64,000 nt of DNA from Octopus bimaculoides. Taxonomy: Eukaryota. Shown here piece by piece: positions 24,623 to 39,439 of the stretch. The stretch's first letter is position 1. Each line of letters starts with the position of its first letter. The notes under the pieces are model-generated. The model searched no databases, was not told where the DNA came from, and saw nothing but the letters and a program-made list of their open reading frames with translations. A program made the translations under genes and the position numbers. The stretch spans positions 4,807,483 through 4,871,482 of the forward strand of contig NC_068982.1 of assembly GCF_001194135.2 (NCBI RefSeq), written 5' to 3'.

Positions 24623-26111
24623 AGGCTGAAAGCAAGCAAATGAATAACATGGATTTAGTAAAATTCTGAGGTTAATTCTAGATCGTCCATTTTCTGGTTT
24701 AGTAACAGAAATTACATGCTGGCTACAGAGATCATTGATTGATTTTATCCTTAATTATGTATTCATATATATGTATATATATATAATTTGAGTGTCTACG
24801 AGTATTGTTAATTAATAACAATATCTATAAAATAATATAATTTATATATATATATATATACACATATGGATGGAGGTGAATGGCTTATGTATCTATGGAG
24901 GTGCATAGCTTATATCTATGGTGGTGCATGACTTGACTGACTTTGGAGATACCAATTCCTGGATATACCAGTTTCTTTGGAGATACTAGCTCCTGTTCAT
25001 TCGGATTACGCCACACTAATCTTGATTGGAAATCATCACAATCCGTCTATGACTCTTCCACTTTTCCTTGTCCTCCTCCTACCTTTCTTCTTTCTACTTC
25101 CACTTTTCTCTTTTTACCGTCAACTATAACACCTACACCAACACTCACACCGTCTTCAATAAGTGACCGCGTGTGTATCATTGGCGATTTTCTTTCTCCG
25201 TTTTCCCTTCTTTGGACTTTTTCTATATTTNNNNNNNNNNNNNNNNNNNNNNNNNNNNNNNNNNNNNNNNNNNNNNNNNNNNNNNNNNNNNNNNNNNNNN
25301 NNNNNNNNNNNNNNNNNNNNNNNNNNNNNNCACACACACACACACACCTGCACACAGATAATCCACATAAACCAACTTAACACACTAGTCTTTCTATTTG
25401 CTGTAGCAACTTAGAATTTTTCTACACTCAGCTCTACCACAATCAGCTTCGTCATTCCCATAACATGACTCTGTGGTTAGCATATGTTTCCTTTCAACTT
25501 TATATTGTTCATAGGGGCTGTTCTCTAATTTACTGGAAAATATTTGTTACAACATCCGGAGCTTGGTTTTGAATTTGCACTTGATTTTAAATTCATTTTA
25601 AATAAAATCATCAGAAATTATAGAAATTTGATAACAATGAAAGTTTATAACATTATCCATGTTTGTAAACAATGGTTTCTCTGCAGATAACATGAATAAT
25701 TATACATATATAAGTTAGTCCTCTAAAGCACACACACTCGTTTTAAAACATTCAGTATCGATAATGCACATATATAAATATATGCACACATTTATGTATA
25801 CATATGCATGTATATCTACATATGCACATACACATATATATAAATGTATACATATATATGCAAATACACACACTTATATATTATAAATTATACGGTGCCC
25901 CAGCATGGCCACAGCTCATGAGCTGAAACTAGATAAAATGATAAAATGATAAAATATCTGTGCAAATATACATACATATAAAATATATACAAGTATGTAC
26001 ATGTATATACATACATACATATGTACATATATATATATATATAATTTATATTCATTTGTACACATACACTATTATTATCATCATTAACAACAGTAACAAT
26101 AATAATAATGA

Positions 26112-26326
26112 TTTTCAAATTTTGGCACATGGCCAGGAACTTTAGGGAAGGGGGATGGTTGATTACATCGACCCCAGTACTCAACTGGTACTTATTTTAG
26201 CAACCCTGAAAGGATGAAAGGTAAAGTCGACCTTGGCAGAATTTGAACTCAGAACATGGAGACAGACGAAACACTGCTAAGCATTTCACCGGGTGTGTTA
26301 ATGATTCTACTAACTTGCCACCTTGA
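26112..26326 (-). mobile_element. Family A SINE
   Basis: Reverse complement of the 14304-14490 copy. Confidence 0.8.
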
Positions 26327-26354
26327 TAAGAATAATAATAATAATAATTCTTTT

Positions 26355-26738
26355 CCTTGTTTTTCTATCGCATAACTTTTTATATGAACAATCTGGTGTG
26401 TTTATAGTAATGGCCTACCATAATATACAGGGAATTTCTTTGCCCTAGGTGTCAGGAAGACACTCAGCAACAAATAGAAACAAAATTGAAAGAAGGAAAA
26501 TAATAATGACGACAATAATAATATTGTCAGTTTAAGAATGATTACTATCCATGTAAATAATATACTTTTTCTACATAACTTTATTTCATTTTGTAAATGA
26601 ACAATCTGGGATGTTTATTTCAATGGCCTGTCAATAAATATAGTGAGTTTCTTTCCCCAGGTGTTGGGAAGACACTCGGCAAGAAATGGAAACGAAACTG
26701 GAGGAAGAAGAAAAACATAGTTCTTTTATAATATATAT
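26355..26738 (+). repeat. Diverged tandem duplication (unit about 210 bp), each copy containing a splice-acceptor-like site
   Basis: ATGAACAATCTGG..AATGGCCT..TTTCTTTGCCCTAG|GTGTCAGGAAGACACTC versus ATGAACAATCTGG..AATGGCCT..TTTCTTTCCCCAG|GTGTTGGGAAGACACTC. Confidence 0.75.
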
Positions 26739-27100
26739 NNNNNNNNNNNNNNNNNNNNNNNNNNNNNNNNNNNNNNNNNNNNNNNNNNNNNNNNNNNNNN
26801 NNNNNNNNNNNNNNNNNNNNNNNNNNNNNNNNNNNNNNNNNNNNNNNNNNNNNNNNNNNNNNNNNNNNNNNNNNNNNNNNNNNNNNNNNNNNNNNNNNNN
26901 NNNNNNNNNNNNNNNNNNNNNNNNNNNNNNNNNNNNNNNNNNNNNNNNNNNNNNNNAATCAGAACATCACCAAAACACCTTATTCAGGTTGAGCATTTTA
27001 AACCCTCTTCAAATATATATTTTCATTATTCTGTATACTCTATCTAAACAGATGATTATAGTTATAGACATTCATACATATATAAATATATACATATATA

Positions 27101-27148
<48 letters not shown>

Positions 27149-27228
27149 TATGTATGTATACGTATATATGTACATATGTATGTATATGTATATATGTATG
27201 TATGAATATATGTATCTACGTATGTATG

Positions 27229-27270
<42 letters not shown>

Positions 27271-27545
27271 GATGCATCTGTTTTGCAAATTCAGTCAGTA
27301 AATGTAGCTGCAAAATATGTAATCCTTTTCTAAATCTTAGTATGAAACTGATAAAAGATTTTGTTAATATTTTCTGTTTGCACGTTAGTAAAGCACTTAC
27401 ATGCAAATGCATATATACAGATGTATAGAATTATGTGTTTGAGTGTATCTGCATAGACACACACTCATATATATATGTATACACACATACATGCATATGC
27501 ACATACACATATTTATGTATATTTGCATATATGTGTGTATTTAAA

Positions 27546-27577
<32 letters not shown>

Positions 27578-27862
27578 AATATGTTTGTGCATATATTCAC
27601 AATTAAATTTAAAATGGAAAAAAATAATTAGGATTCACTGAAGCAGATTTCTTTCTGGAATGCTTTAAGAATTTAATACAATTAAAATGTGTTACAGAAT
27701 TGGCTCACCAAAGTTAATACCCCTTCCTACAGCCAATTATATTAATTCATATAAGGGCATTACTATACAATAATGCCTCACGCTAAGAGGGACTCCAAAA
27801 GTCAAAACTACCATAAGCACATTTGTACCAATTATATTACATAAAAATTCTTTCTTCTAAAG

Positions 27863-28051
27863 GCACAAGGCCCGGGGAGGGGACTAGTCGATTATATTGA
27901 TCCCAGTATTTTCGCTGGTACTTAATTTATCGACCCTAAAATGACTGGCGAAGTCAACCTTGGTGGAATTTGAACTCAGAACATAGCGATGGACGAAATA
28001 CTGCTAAGCATTTCGCCCAGCGTGCTAACGATTCTGCCAGCTTGTCACCTT
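27863..28051 (-). mobile_element. Family A SINE
   Basis: GGCACAAGG..GGAATTTGAACTCAGAAC..CTGCCAGC. Confidence 0.8.
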
Positions 28052-28746
28052 TACATAATAATGATTTCTAAAATATAGGTATAAAGCTTCAAAAATTGAG
28101 AGCAAGAAGACTATAATCCATTACATCAATCCATCATGTGACTGTTACTTCATTTTAAGGATGAAAAATAAATGACCATGACAGAATTTTGAATCAGAAC
28201 ATAAAAAGCTATATTGCAAGTAATATTAGTCCAATACTTTTCTATTTATGTCAATCTAGTGCCCTTACCATATTTAATAATATTGATTTGTTTTGATTAG
28301 GCACAAGTTTAATCAATTCATATATTCATTTGATAAAAATTGAGTCGGTGTCTTTACATTTTAAATCAACATTTCATTTTCATTTTAGCTTCTGTTTGGC
28401 TTTATAATTTATAATAAACATTAATGACAAAATGGAAACAACTACATCTCATCTAGGATCAAATCGTTTGAAAATATTTAAGAAGCAAATCACATTCAGA
28501 AATTTTATTTGCAAAATTTATTGTCTATAAATTAAAGCAATCAGTAATTTTGTAGATTTTGTTTGGTATAACTAAAGCTGTATGAGCAGAGAAGGATGAA
28601 TTACAATAAAGGTTGTGTCACTTCTAATTGAATTAGAATAATGTGGAGAAATTTCAAATGCTAAGGAAACAGACGTTTGAGCTTGAATCTATGTATGTAT
28701 GTGTGAGCGTAGGTATAAATTTCTGTACATATATATGCGTGTGTGC

Positions 28747-28795
<49 letters not shown>

Positions 28796-29075
28796 AATGT
28801 TGTACAGTGAGAATGAGTGCTCAGCATTGCATTGACAGATAAATATTCTTTATTTGTGGGAATAACAAAGCTACCATTAGTTTCATGCAAAGAGAAATCT
28901 CTCAAAAATTACCGAGCTTTCCATGTGTAACATCGGCACAAGCCTTCATCTTGGAATAGAATATCATTCAAGATGGAATGAGTACCAACGTTCCATATGG
29001 CAAACTTGATAATTATTGAGAAATTTCTCTTAGCATGAAACCAATGGCAGCCTTGTTAACATACAAATAAAGTAT

Positions 29076-29580
29076 ACGTGTGTGTGTGTGTGTGTGTGAA
29101 TGTGTGTATGTATGTTTGTGTGTATATGTGTGTGTGTGTGTGTATGTATGTTTGTGTGTGTGAATGTGTGTATGTATGTGTATATATGTGTATATGTATG
29201 CATATGTATATATATGTGTATATGTATATATATGTATATATGTGTATATGTATATATATGTATATATGTGTATATGTATATATATGTGTATATGTATATA
29301 TATGTGTATATGTATATATATGTGTATATGTATATATGTGTATATGTATATATGTGTATATGTGTATATATGTGTATATGTATATATATGTATATATGTG
29401 TATATGTATGTATGTGTATATTTATGTATGTGTATATGCATGTATGTGTATATGTATGTATATATGTTTGTGTATCTGTATGTATATATGTATGTGTGTA
29501 TATGTATATGTGTATATATATATGTATGTGTATATATATGTATGTGTATATGTATATACACATGCATATGTATGTATATA
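29076..29580. repeat. Long compound (TG)n/(TATATG)n microsatellite running into a gap
   Basis: Directly visible. Confidence 0.95.
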
Positions 29581-31019
29581 NNNNNNNNNNNNNNNNNNNN
29601 NNNNNNNNNNNNNNNNNNNNNNNNNNNNNNNNNNNNNNNNNNNNNNNNNNNNNNNNNNNNNNNNNNNNNNNNNNNNNNNNNNNNNNNNNNNNNNNNNNNN
29701 NNNNNNNNNNNNNNNNNNNNNNNNNNNNNNNNNNNNNNNNNNNNNNNNNNNNNNNNNNNNNNNNNNNNNNNNNNNNNNNNNNNNNNNNNNNNNNNNNNNN
29801 NNNNNNNNNNNNNNNNNNNNNNNNNNNNNNNNNNNNNNNNNNNNNNNNNNNNNNNNNNNNNNNNNNNNNNNNNNNNNNNNNNNNNNNNNNNNNNNNNNNN
29901 NNNNNNNNNNNNNNNNNNNNNNNNNNNNNNNNNNNNNNNNNNNNNNNNNNNNNNNNNNNNNNNNNNNNNNNNNNNNNNNNNNNNNNNNNNNNNNNNNNNN
30001 NNNNNNNNNNNNNNNNNNNNNNNNNNNNNNNNNNNNNNNNNNNNNNNNNNNNNNNNNNNNNNNNNNNNNNNNNNNNNNNNNNNNNNNNNNNNNNNNNNNN
30101 NNNNNNNNNNNNNNNNNNNNNNNNNNNNNNNNNNNNNNNNNNNNNNNNNTATACAAATATACCTGCTATATATATATAATGACACAATGATACAGGGCTA
30201 ATGTGTATAAATACAGTTTAGCATGTTATCTGAATACAATTTTAGAGCATATGTATACAACCTCACAAAACACATATTTGTGAATTTATGGTTCATACAG
30301 ATGTACACAAATATATTCATGTGTATAACATTAGGATGGGAGAGAAAATAAACCAAAATATGATAAAATTTTCCTGTTTTAGATATTCATATGATATCTA
30401 TGATAAAAACCAAAAGTTAACCATTTTTAGTTCTTTCAAAGCTTGGCAAAAAATTTTGAATAACTAAAAATGTTATTTTGGAGACATTTTTATTTTTTCA
30501 ATTTTTCTTTGATTTTTTTTAAAAATTATTTTTCTCTTCATTTTAATTTAATTTCTATACAATAAAATACTGTGCAGTGAGTATGTAGAATAAATAACTT
30601 ATTTCAGTGATAAGAACGGTGTAGATATAGACTCTAGGGTAAGGTATTGGATGAAGCAAGAAATTAGAAGCTAGCCATTAGCAATAGTTTCTATATTAAG
30701 AAAGCATACTTTCCGAGATCATTTGAAAAAAGTGTTTTTAATATTTCAATGTGGAAAGTAAAATATAGGCAGAAAACATCGTTATGAGACTCTACAATAT
30801 GTCTCTGCACATTTCTGGTAGTGTTGCAGCCATCAGGACTGCAAACACTAACTAGCTATCATCAGTTCATTGAAAGTAAAACAGCACTAATTGAGGACTA
30901 GCACCAGAAAACTGACTGACTGTCACTCATCTTATTAAACCAGTCAAATGCTGTAGAGAAATTACACTCACTTAGAACTGAACTACCAGTTGCCTTCATA
31001 ATTAGCACACAAATATGAA

Positions 31020-31420
31020 ACTGTGATACATGAATCCTGATGTAAGAGTCACAAATGACACAGTTATGTGAAATCAAGGTAATAAGCATACTCTGATGTA
31101 TCACATTTCACATTATCATTATGTAAGATTATGTAAAACACACATCCTAATGTATCATACATTTCACATTATGTAAAATTATGTGATACACGCATCCTGA
31201 TGTAAGTATCACAGATGAAACATTTGTGTGGAATCAGGTGATTTGCATAGTCTAATGTAAGTATCACACATTTCACATTTATGTAAAATTATGTAATACA
31301 TACATCTCGATGTATCACACATTTCGCATTATGTAAAATTATGTAATACATACATCTCGATGTAAGCATCGCAAACCCACAGTTGTATGAAATCTTGTGA
31401 TACATACATTCTAAATGAGC
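31020..31420 (+). repeat. Minisatellite, unit about 50 bp, with two unit variants
   Basis: ATGTAATACATACATCTCGATGTATCACACATTTCGCATTATGTAAAATT and variants, about eight units. Confidence 0.75.
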
Positions 31421-32850
31421 ATGCACTTCATTTTTTTTTTCTGAATTTTTTATTCTTTTTTTCTTACAACCTTTTTTTTTAACCAGCACTCCCTTCCCTG
31501 CCAGATCAACTTATAGTTAATGATGTAATTTCATTAATAAGGTTGATTGGTGTCTAACTTTCTGGTTAATAATAATATTTTTTTAATCACCTTCTTTATA
31601 TCCTGTTTTGATCCATTTTCTTTATAATGGAAAGAAATAGAAGATAAAAACTCATTGAAAGATTTGGCCAATAGAGACACTCAGAGAAGGTAACCCAAGT
31701 CTTTCAATTGACTCCCAATGTACACAGTTCAAGCAGAGACAAAAAAAAAAGTAATGATTTCCCAATATGAACCATAATGTCTTGCGAAAAGCTGTCAGCC
31801 AAGGAAAAAATACTTGTTGTAGTTGTTGTACACAAAAACAGAATGACAGCGACAATTCAAGTACATAAAAATTTTTCACAATCAGGTCATGCAAAAAAGA
31901 AAATAAAACTAAAATAATAATAATAATAATAATAAAATCCACAGGTGTCTGCTATCGTTTTTTTTTTTTGATTCATACATTTTTATGCAATACTTTGTCA
32001 AAAATTAAAAATTGCCAGAAATTGAAGTTTATGATTCTTATTGCAAGCAATTAGCTTTAGGGTAAAGCTTGTCAAAAAGCTGCCATGAGATAAAAATGGA
32101 GAAAATTGCCTTAGATTTCGTTTGATTATTGTTTTTTTTATAGTTAAATTTCTTTTCTGTTAATTTGTACTAAACAAACAAAATATAAAATTATAAAAAA
32201 AATATGCATGTATATATATGTGTGTATGTGTGTGTGTGTGTATGAATATATGTATATTTGTATGTGTGTGTGTAAATGTGTATGCATATACATGCATGCA
32301 TTAATTAGAATTTACAAAGAAAGGAAACTTGAAAAGATTATAATAATTATATTTTAATTAATGAAACAGAAGCATGTGTAATTTAGGATAATGTTAATTA
32401 CAGAAAATACTAATTATTATTTGGTAATGGTAGAAACACTAGTTTTATTTATTTATTGTATGTTTTTTTATTGGCTTGGTCAGGAGGAAGTAACTTTGTT
32501 TGTGGTCATCACAGACCTTCCTTGACCATCAAAATGAATTAATGTTTAGATTTTAAGGTTCAGGTTTAAATCTAGAATAAAAGTATTGGCAAATCACATA
32601 AGAAATATATTTTAATTAAACAGAAAATATATTAAGATTATTGAAAATAAAAGTAATATTTAAACACATAATTTCAAGAAAAAGTGTTGACGAGAGCAGG
32701 TGGTTGCAACAAAACAAGAAATAGGCATTTGGCATAAATTTTGATTATTCTAAAGGTTTGCTGTAGTTGTTAAGAATGAACTGAAATTTATAAAGTATTT
32801 GGAGTGAATTTAAGTTTCTTCAGATTAATACAAATATAAAATAATAATGA

Positions 32851-33755
32851 TTTCAAACTTAGGCCGAAGGACAGCAATTCCAGGGGAGGGGGACTAGTTA
32901 TTACATTGGCTGCTCAACTGATGATTGTTTTATAGACCCTGAAAAGATGAAAGACAAAGTCGACCTCTGTGGAATTTGAACTCAGAACATAAAGATGGAC
33001 AAACTGCTGTTAAGCATTTTGACTGTGTTAACGATTCTGCCAGCTCACCACCTTACGCCACTTTTTGATAACAATAAGAAGAATATTAATAATAATAATA
33101 AGTCCTTTCTACTGGAAGCACAAGGTCTCAAATTTGGGGGAAGGGATTAAGTCGATTTCATTGACCCCAGTGTATAACTGGTACTAATATTATCAACCCT
33201 GAAAGGATGAAAGGCAAAGTCAACCTTGGCGGAATTTGAACTCAGAATGTAATGGCAAACGAAGTACTGCTAACCATTTCACCTGGCATGCTAACGATTC
33301 TGCCAGCTTACTTCCGTGTGCCACTTTTTAATAATAACAATAAGAATATTAATAATAATAATTTAAATGGATGTGTTGTATTACATGATATTTTGCTACT
33401 GTCCCTGCCACTATCCCTTGCCAAGCTTTCAGCCATCCTGTAACATCTCTTCTCCTTCACTCGCCTTAGGACACTGGGTGTGTCTCTGCAAGTGATTGTA
33501 ACAAACATGCAGATTGAAAGTAAATAATAATAATAATAATAATCCTTTCTATTATAGGCACAAGGCCTGAAATTTGGGGGAGAGGCATAGTCGATTACAT
33601 CGACCCCAATGCTCAGCTGGTACTTATTTCATTGACCCTGAAAGGATGAAAGGCAAAGTTGACCTTAACAGAATTTGAACTCAGAAAGTAGTGGCAGATG
33701 AAATATTGCTAAGCATTTCACCTGACATGCTAACGAGTCTGCAGCTCGCTGCCTT
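32851..33755 (-). mobile_element. Three tandem family A SINE copies separated by (AAT)n
   Basis: Copies at about 32851-33054, 33105-33315 and 33543-33755. Confidence 0.85.
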
Positions 33756-34350
33756 AATAATAGTAATAATAATAATAATAATAAGAGCACTCAAAGAGCA
33801 TAAACCCCCACCAAGGCAGCACCAACGTCCTCTCAATGATTAGCCAGAGATGGTTTTTAAAATGAGACTATCTGAAATAAACTTGACTTCTCTCACAAAT
33901 GAGAATACTAAAAATGAACCCGACCACTCTCAAAAATTAAGTAAAAAAAGAGGAAATATAATCCAGAATCCTTGTCTGGTATTGGATCGATCCCAAAATT
34001 TAATGAGTCTATGCCAGTCACGAGGTCAAACATCCCTGAAAGTTTCATCCAAATCAATTCAGCAATTCTCGAGATATCTTGTCCATTGACAAACAAACAC
34101 AACTGAAAACAATACCCCCGCCTTCGTCAACGCAGAACTAATAAATGACTTCATTGTTTAAATATGGATATCTATGTTTTCAAAAAGTGCACAAATCAAC
34201 ACTACTATGCCATTGAAAGCAGAGTCATGAATTGGGAAATCAAATAATTGCAGGATTTGATTTCCCAATTCTAAAGAGCCATAACACTACAACACAAAGC
34301 CTTCTTTCCTGTGGTGACCTGCCACTCAGCGCCATTTTATAATAATGTTA

Positions 34351-35030
34351 ATTTCAAACTTTGGCACAAGGCCAGCAAGTTTAGGGGAATAATTTAGTTG
34401 ATTACATTGACCTCAGGATTCAAATGGGACTTAATTTATCAACCCCAAAATAACAAAAAAATGTAAAGTCGACCTTGGTGGAATTAGAACCCAAAATATA
34501 AAGAGTTAGAATAAATACCACTAAAGCATTTTGCCCAATGGTTCTAACAATACTGCTAGCTTGCATCTCTTAATGATAATGTGATGGTGATGATTGTTTC
34601 TAATATAGGTACAAGGCCATAAGTTTGGTGAGGGGGGAGAGTTAAATTATTTATTTTATTGACTCTAGAAGGCTGAGGGGCGAAGTTGACCCTGGTGGGA
34701 TTTGAAATCAGAACCTGAACAAATCTGCAAGGCATTTCATCCAATGCATTAACAATTCTGTAAATCCACTGAAAATAATATTTCTAACAGAGGCACAAAG
34801 TTATAAAGAGTGGAACAACCTCAAAGTAGAAACAATGTTAGCAGAGTTTGAACTTAGAATGTAATGAACAAGAATATTGGTTTCAAATTTTGGCACAAGA
34901 CCAGGAAGTTTGGGCGAGGAATAAGTCATTGCCCCCCCCCCAGTGCTCAACTGCTCATTGCTTTATTGACCCTGTAAAGATGAAAGGCAAAGTCAACCAA
35001 TGAATATTGCTAGGCATTTTGTCCACACTG
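34351..35030 (-). mobile_element. Three further decayed family A SINE copies
   Basis: Copies at about 34351-34570, 34596-34772 and 34879-35030. Confidence 0.75.
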
Positions 35031-35128
35031 TAACAATAATAATAATAATAAGTAACAAATGACTTGTGTAATTTATACATTTCTTACATACATTCAAGGC
35101 CAAAGATATGCATATATGTATATATACA

Positions 35129-35180
<52 letters not shown>

Positions 35181-36425
35181 CACTCTCTCTCACACACACA
35201 TGTATGTGTGAGAGCATACAAAAGTAGAGAAAAAGGACTCAATGCATGGCCTTGAGTTTATATATTTGAAGCCTTATATCTATTAGCTATAACTGTGAGT
35301 ATCATGTTCTGACACTTTTTACAAGTGTCTAAATTCAATGCAATTTCTATTTATCTATCTTACATTTTATTTGAGTCTGTGTTTCGTAAACAATATTTGC
35401 TGAAACTAAAGGTAACTTTAGAAAATAGTAAACAATAGATTATCCTTGGAAGATTGGCTAAACTGGAAAAATTGTAAAACATAAACAGTAGCAGCTTGGA
35501 GAATATGAAAGTGAAGGAGGAAGCTTTGGAGTAAACAAGTTTTAAATAGAATGCTTCTAAACATTAGTCATTAATATTTAAAATATTCCATATCTAATAC
35601 AATCACAGCTGCTAACACAAATCCTTGCCCAATATAATAATTATTTCATTGAATATTATTGGCAGGTGATTTCATAAAATGAGTGGGAAGAGGCGGAGAA
35701 CACTGAAAGGAAAGACAAAATTATGGATAATATTTCAAAGCGAAGAAGTCTGATCCCTGCTTTGCAATTACAAAGTTCTGAATCTGATCATATAATCCAG
35801 CATCTTGCTCAAGTGTATTTCACCTAAGATTGGTGAGGGAAACTGGTTGGATGCAAGCAGTAACAGATCATTTGTATGGCGTGCATTTGTAATGTAAACA
35901 GCCAGACTTATCTCACACACACGCTGTCTCACAATGCTCCTGTCTGGAGAATACTGGTTTTCTTAGAATTCAATGAGCTGGCATTTCAGTTGATTGAAAA
36001 GAGGAATGATTATTACTGAAGCAGAACCTGAAAGATTACTTTAAGATACATGGCATATTTTATAAATATGCCTGCTCAAGTTTCATAAAAGCATGAAACT
36101 ATAGGTAGCTCTTTTGGTTGTTTATTTAATTTGATGTGTGTGTGTGTGTGTGTGTGTGTGTGAGTAAGTGTGCATGTGTGAATGTGTACATGCATATATA
36201 TATATATATATATAAACAATATGAGTATATGCATATATATGTACATGTATGTATATATGTTCATCTACATGTACATATAGATACATAACTGGGTACATGA
36301 CGTGACAAAAGAACAAGGACAAAATGTTGTGTGTATGTGTGTATATATATACATAGCATGTATATATATATATATACATATGTACATACCTATTTATATA
36401 CACAAATATATCGTTATAAACGTAA

Positions 36426-36458
<33 letters not shown>

Positions 36459-37037
36459 CATGTACGTTGTGTGTGTGTGTTTGTGTGTGTATGTTTAGTT
36501 AGCTAGATGTTTCATATGTTTGGATTTACAACAGTCTCTGTTATGACTATTTTGTAAAAGCTGAGATCTGCCTCCTCCATAACCCCCAGTTTCCTGATTT
36601 CCAGAGATAGGAAACAGTAGTAACCACAAGAAGCTTTCTTTCTTCATCTAACTTTATGAAGAAGGGCTTAACTTGAAATATGAAGGACACCACTACTAAC
36701 TTACCTCTCACTAACGACTTATGACTTGTTTTCACTTTATCTTTTACCTTGCTGATTTAATTTATACACACACACACACACACACACTCTCTTATGAGAT
36801 GGTAATATAAATGTCTTGATGAGATTGTTTGTTACATTAGAAGTCCTCGCAGCTGAAAACGCTTATTCATATTATGTTGTGTGCATCAGTCTAATATATA
36901 TTAAGAGGATTAATTATTAAAAAATTTCTTAATGTTGAGAATAGATGTTGACATCCAAACTGCAATAGGGATCACTGTTTCAATCTTAGCCCAATGCATT
37001 CAGATAAATTATATATATGTATACATATAGAATCTTA

Positions 37038-37083
<46 letters not shown>

Positions 37084-38829
37084 TTTGCATATATAATTTA
37101 ATATACACAATTTACAAAAATGCTATGCTTTAGAAATTTGGTAGATTTACATAGTATACCATGTATCTCCAAGCAATCTTTTAGGACCAGTTCAAATCAT
37201 TGGATGTATTTGAAAACCAGGACGATGCTATGAGAAAATATATGAAAAAAAAAATGAGAAGAAAAAGCCTTTTTTGTTGATCCCACCAATAAAGGAACTG
37301 TAAACTATGTACGTATGTACATACATACGTATGTGTATGTATGTATGTATACAAGAGATAAGATACCAGTTAAGAATTGTCTTATACATGATTTATAAAT
37401 TCATTAATTCTTGCTCTTCTTTTATCCTTACTCAAACTAAGATGGATAATTCTTTAAATTCTTCTACAAATATTAGGAACAATTGTTTGTCATACTTCTT
37501 AACTAGTTCCAGCCTTGAGCTGAGGTCAAGCTGTTGATACTCATCATTCAAATATTAAACCACAAGTAAGAATTATACCTGCATTTTTTTGTCTCTCTGC
37601 TTTTGGTAAATTAATCTCACCCACACTGTACTAAGTTCTACATCTGCTTGAAACGGACTGGGATGAAACCAATAGTTTTCTTCATAACTGATCTATAATC
37701 TTTTCTCTTCACCTCCGAATGAAGTAAGTCAGTTGCATTAACCTTAATCAAATTATATTGATCTGTGAGCTTGGAAGGGATGCAAATGTCTAAAGTCACT
37801 TCTCTTCTTTATCTGTTTCACAACAAAAGAATATTTTACCTTACTTGTGCACTGAATACGGCATATAAGCTGGGTTTGAACTGTTGACCTCATAATACTA
37901 GATAGGCTGTGATCAGTTTCTTTTTCATACTGAAAGAGGGATATTTCTATAAGTTGAGATGGTTTTACAAATGTATTTAACCTGTGTAATGTTGCCAAAC
38001 TCACTTTGATTTCTTATACAGGCACAAATCCAATTTTTATGGAGGAAGAGTATTGTTAATTGAATCAAGCTCAGTGTATTAAAAAAGTTGATAAACTTTT
38101 GATGACTAAAAGATAAATTATGCAGCAATGGAAGCTGAAAAATCAAAGCTGTACACTCTAGTACATTACTATTTAGGTAATAGTGCTGCCCTACTTGTAG
38201 TGAGATACAATATCATCTCAGAACAGATGTAAGAAATTTATTCAGCTTTTATTAAGATATGCTTAAATTTCTTCCATTTCATAAGTGGTGCAAATTTGGA
38301 TGAAAGCAAATTTAAAGGTATCAACCGATAATCAATATTGATTTATTGCATAGGGCAGCAAGCCATAAATTTGGTGAAATGCATTGGCAGTTAAAGTGAA
38401 GTGGTTTTCAGCTGGAAATCAAAGAAAGCTTATAGACTCAGCTCACTGGATGGTTAGCCAACTTACTATGTAGTTTGTCATATACATTAAAACAGAGATT
38501 TGCAATATAGGCTCAACCGCAGATTTATGAGAGTGGATAATAAAATACTCATTAGTGATGCCACAACATTAATCATGTAAGCAAAATGAAACTGTTATAA
38601 GAAGGAGTTTGCTGAATAACGTCCAATAATTAATAGTTAATTGTAAACATATAATAATTATGGTTTCCTAATATTCTTTGATCCATCGTCATGAATTAAA
38701 TGTACCATATTGAGTCAGGAAACTCCAGATGCAAATGTGGGATCCAGAATCCAGAAGAGAAACATGATTTCTTCTTTCACACTTTTAGAATGAAGAATTT
38801 TGTGACACAAATCTTTTCTCAAACTATAA

Positions 38830-39048
38830 ACCTTTTAATACTTAAACTGGCTATATCAGGCCCTAATATTCTTCTTTCATTTTCAAACTAGCCAGGTGCA
38901 ATCTCTTACACCTACTCTACAATGTCATTTCTAAAAACAAACAATCATATCTTTAAAATCTTGAAGCTACAAGATGATGCATGATTTATTCAAAACAATG
39001 GGACTAAATAAGCATTGCATTTGGCTGAGTAATCTGAATGCTAAAGGG
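38830..39048. mobile_element. piggyBac-type MITE copy, decayed
   Basis: Ends AATCTGAATGCTAAAGGG|TTAA; internal sequence matches 49555-49767. Confidence 0.6.
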
Positions 39049-39439
39049 TTAAGAACTTGATTGTTACAAAAATGATATAGCTTAATTCTCACTATTTTAG
39101 TCCATTTATGATAAGAACAAAGGTTTTATTCGGCAAGTCATGTAACAGAATAATGTCATGATTTACGGAATGTCTTACTTTGCTTCATGAGACAGAAACG
39201 AAAGCAAGCACTTTGCTAAAGAGTCCTTGCAATTTATGGAAATATAAATGTTGGGGTATTTCTACTTCAAATATGTTTTTATCAATAAATATTTCAATGT
39301 TGTACAAATTGCATCTAAACAACCTAATCACTGCTACATATAGTATTTAAAAATATGATCATACCAGGACATATCAAAAAATATGGTTTGCACGTATCCA
39401 TCTAGTTATTCCTTACATACATGAAATCAGACATTTAGA

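Noticed and set aside
23125-31420. Tandem arrays (23125, 24563, 31020) as CRISPR-like arrays
   Set aside because: No unique spacers, no cas genes, and an animal genomic context.
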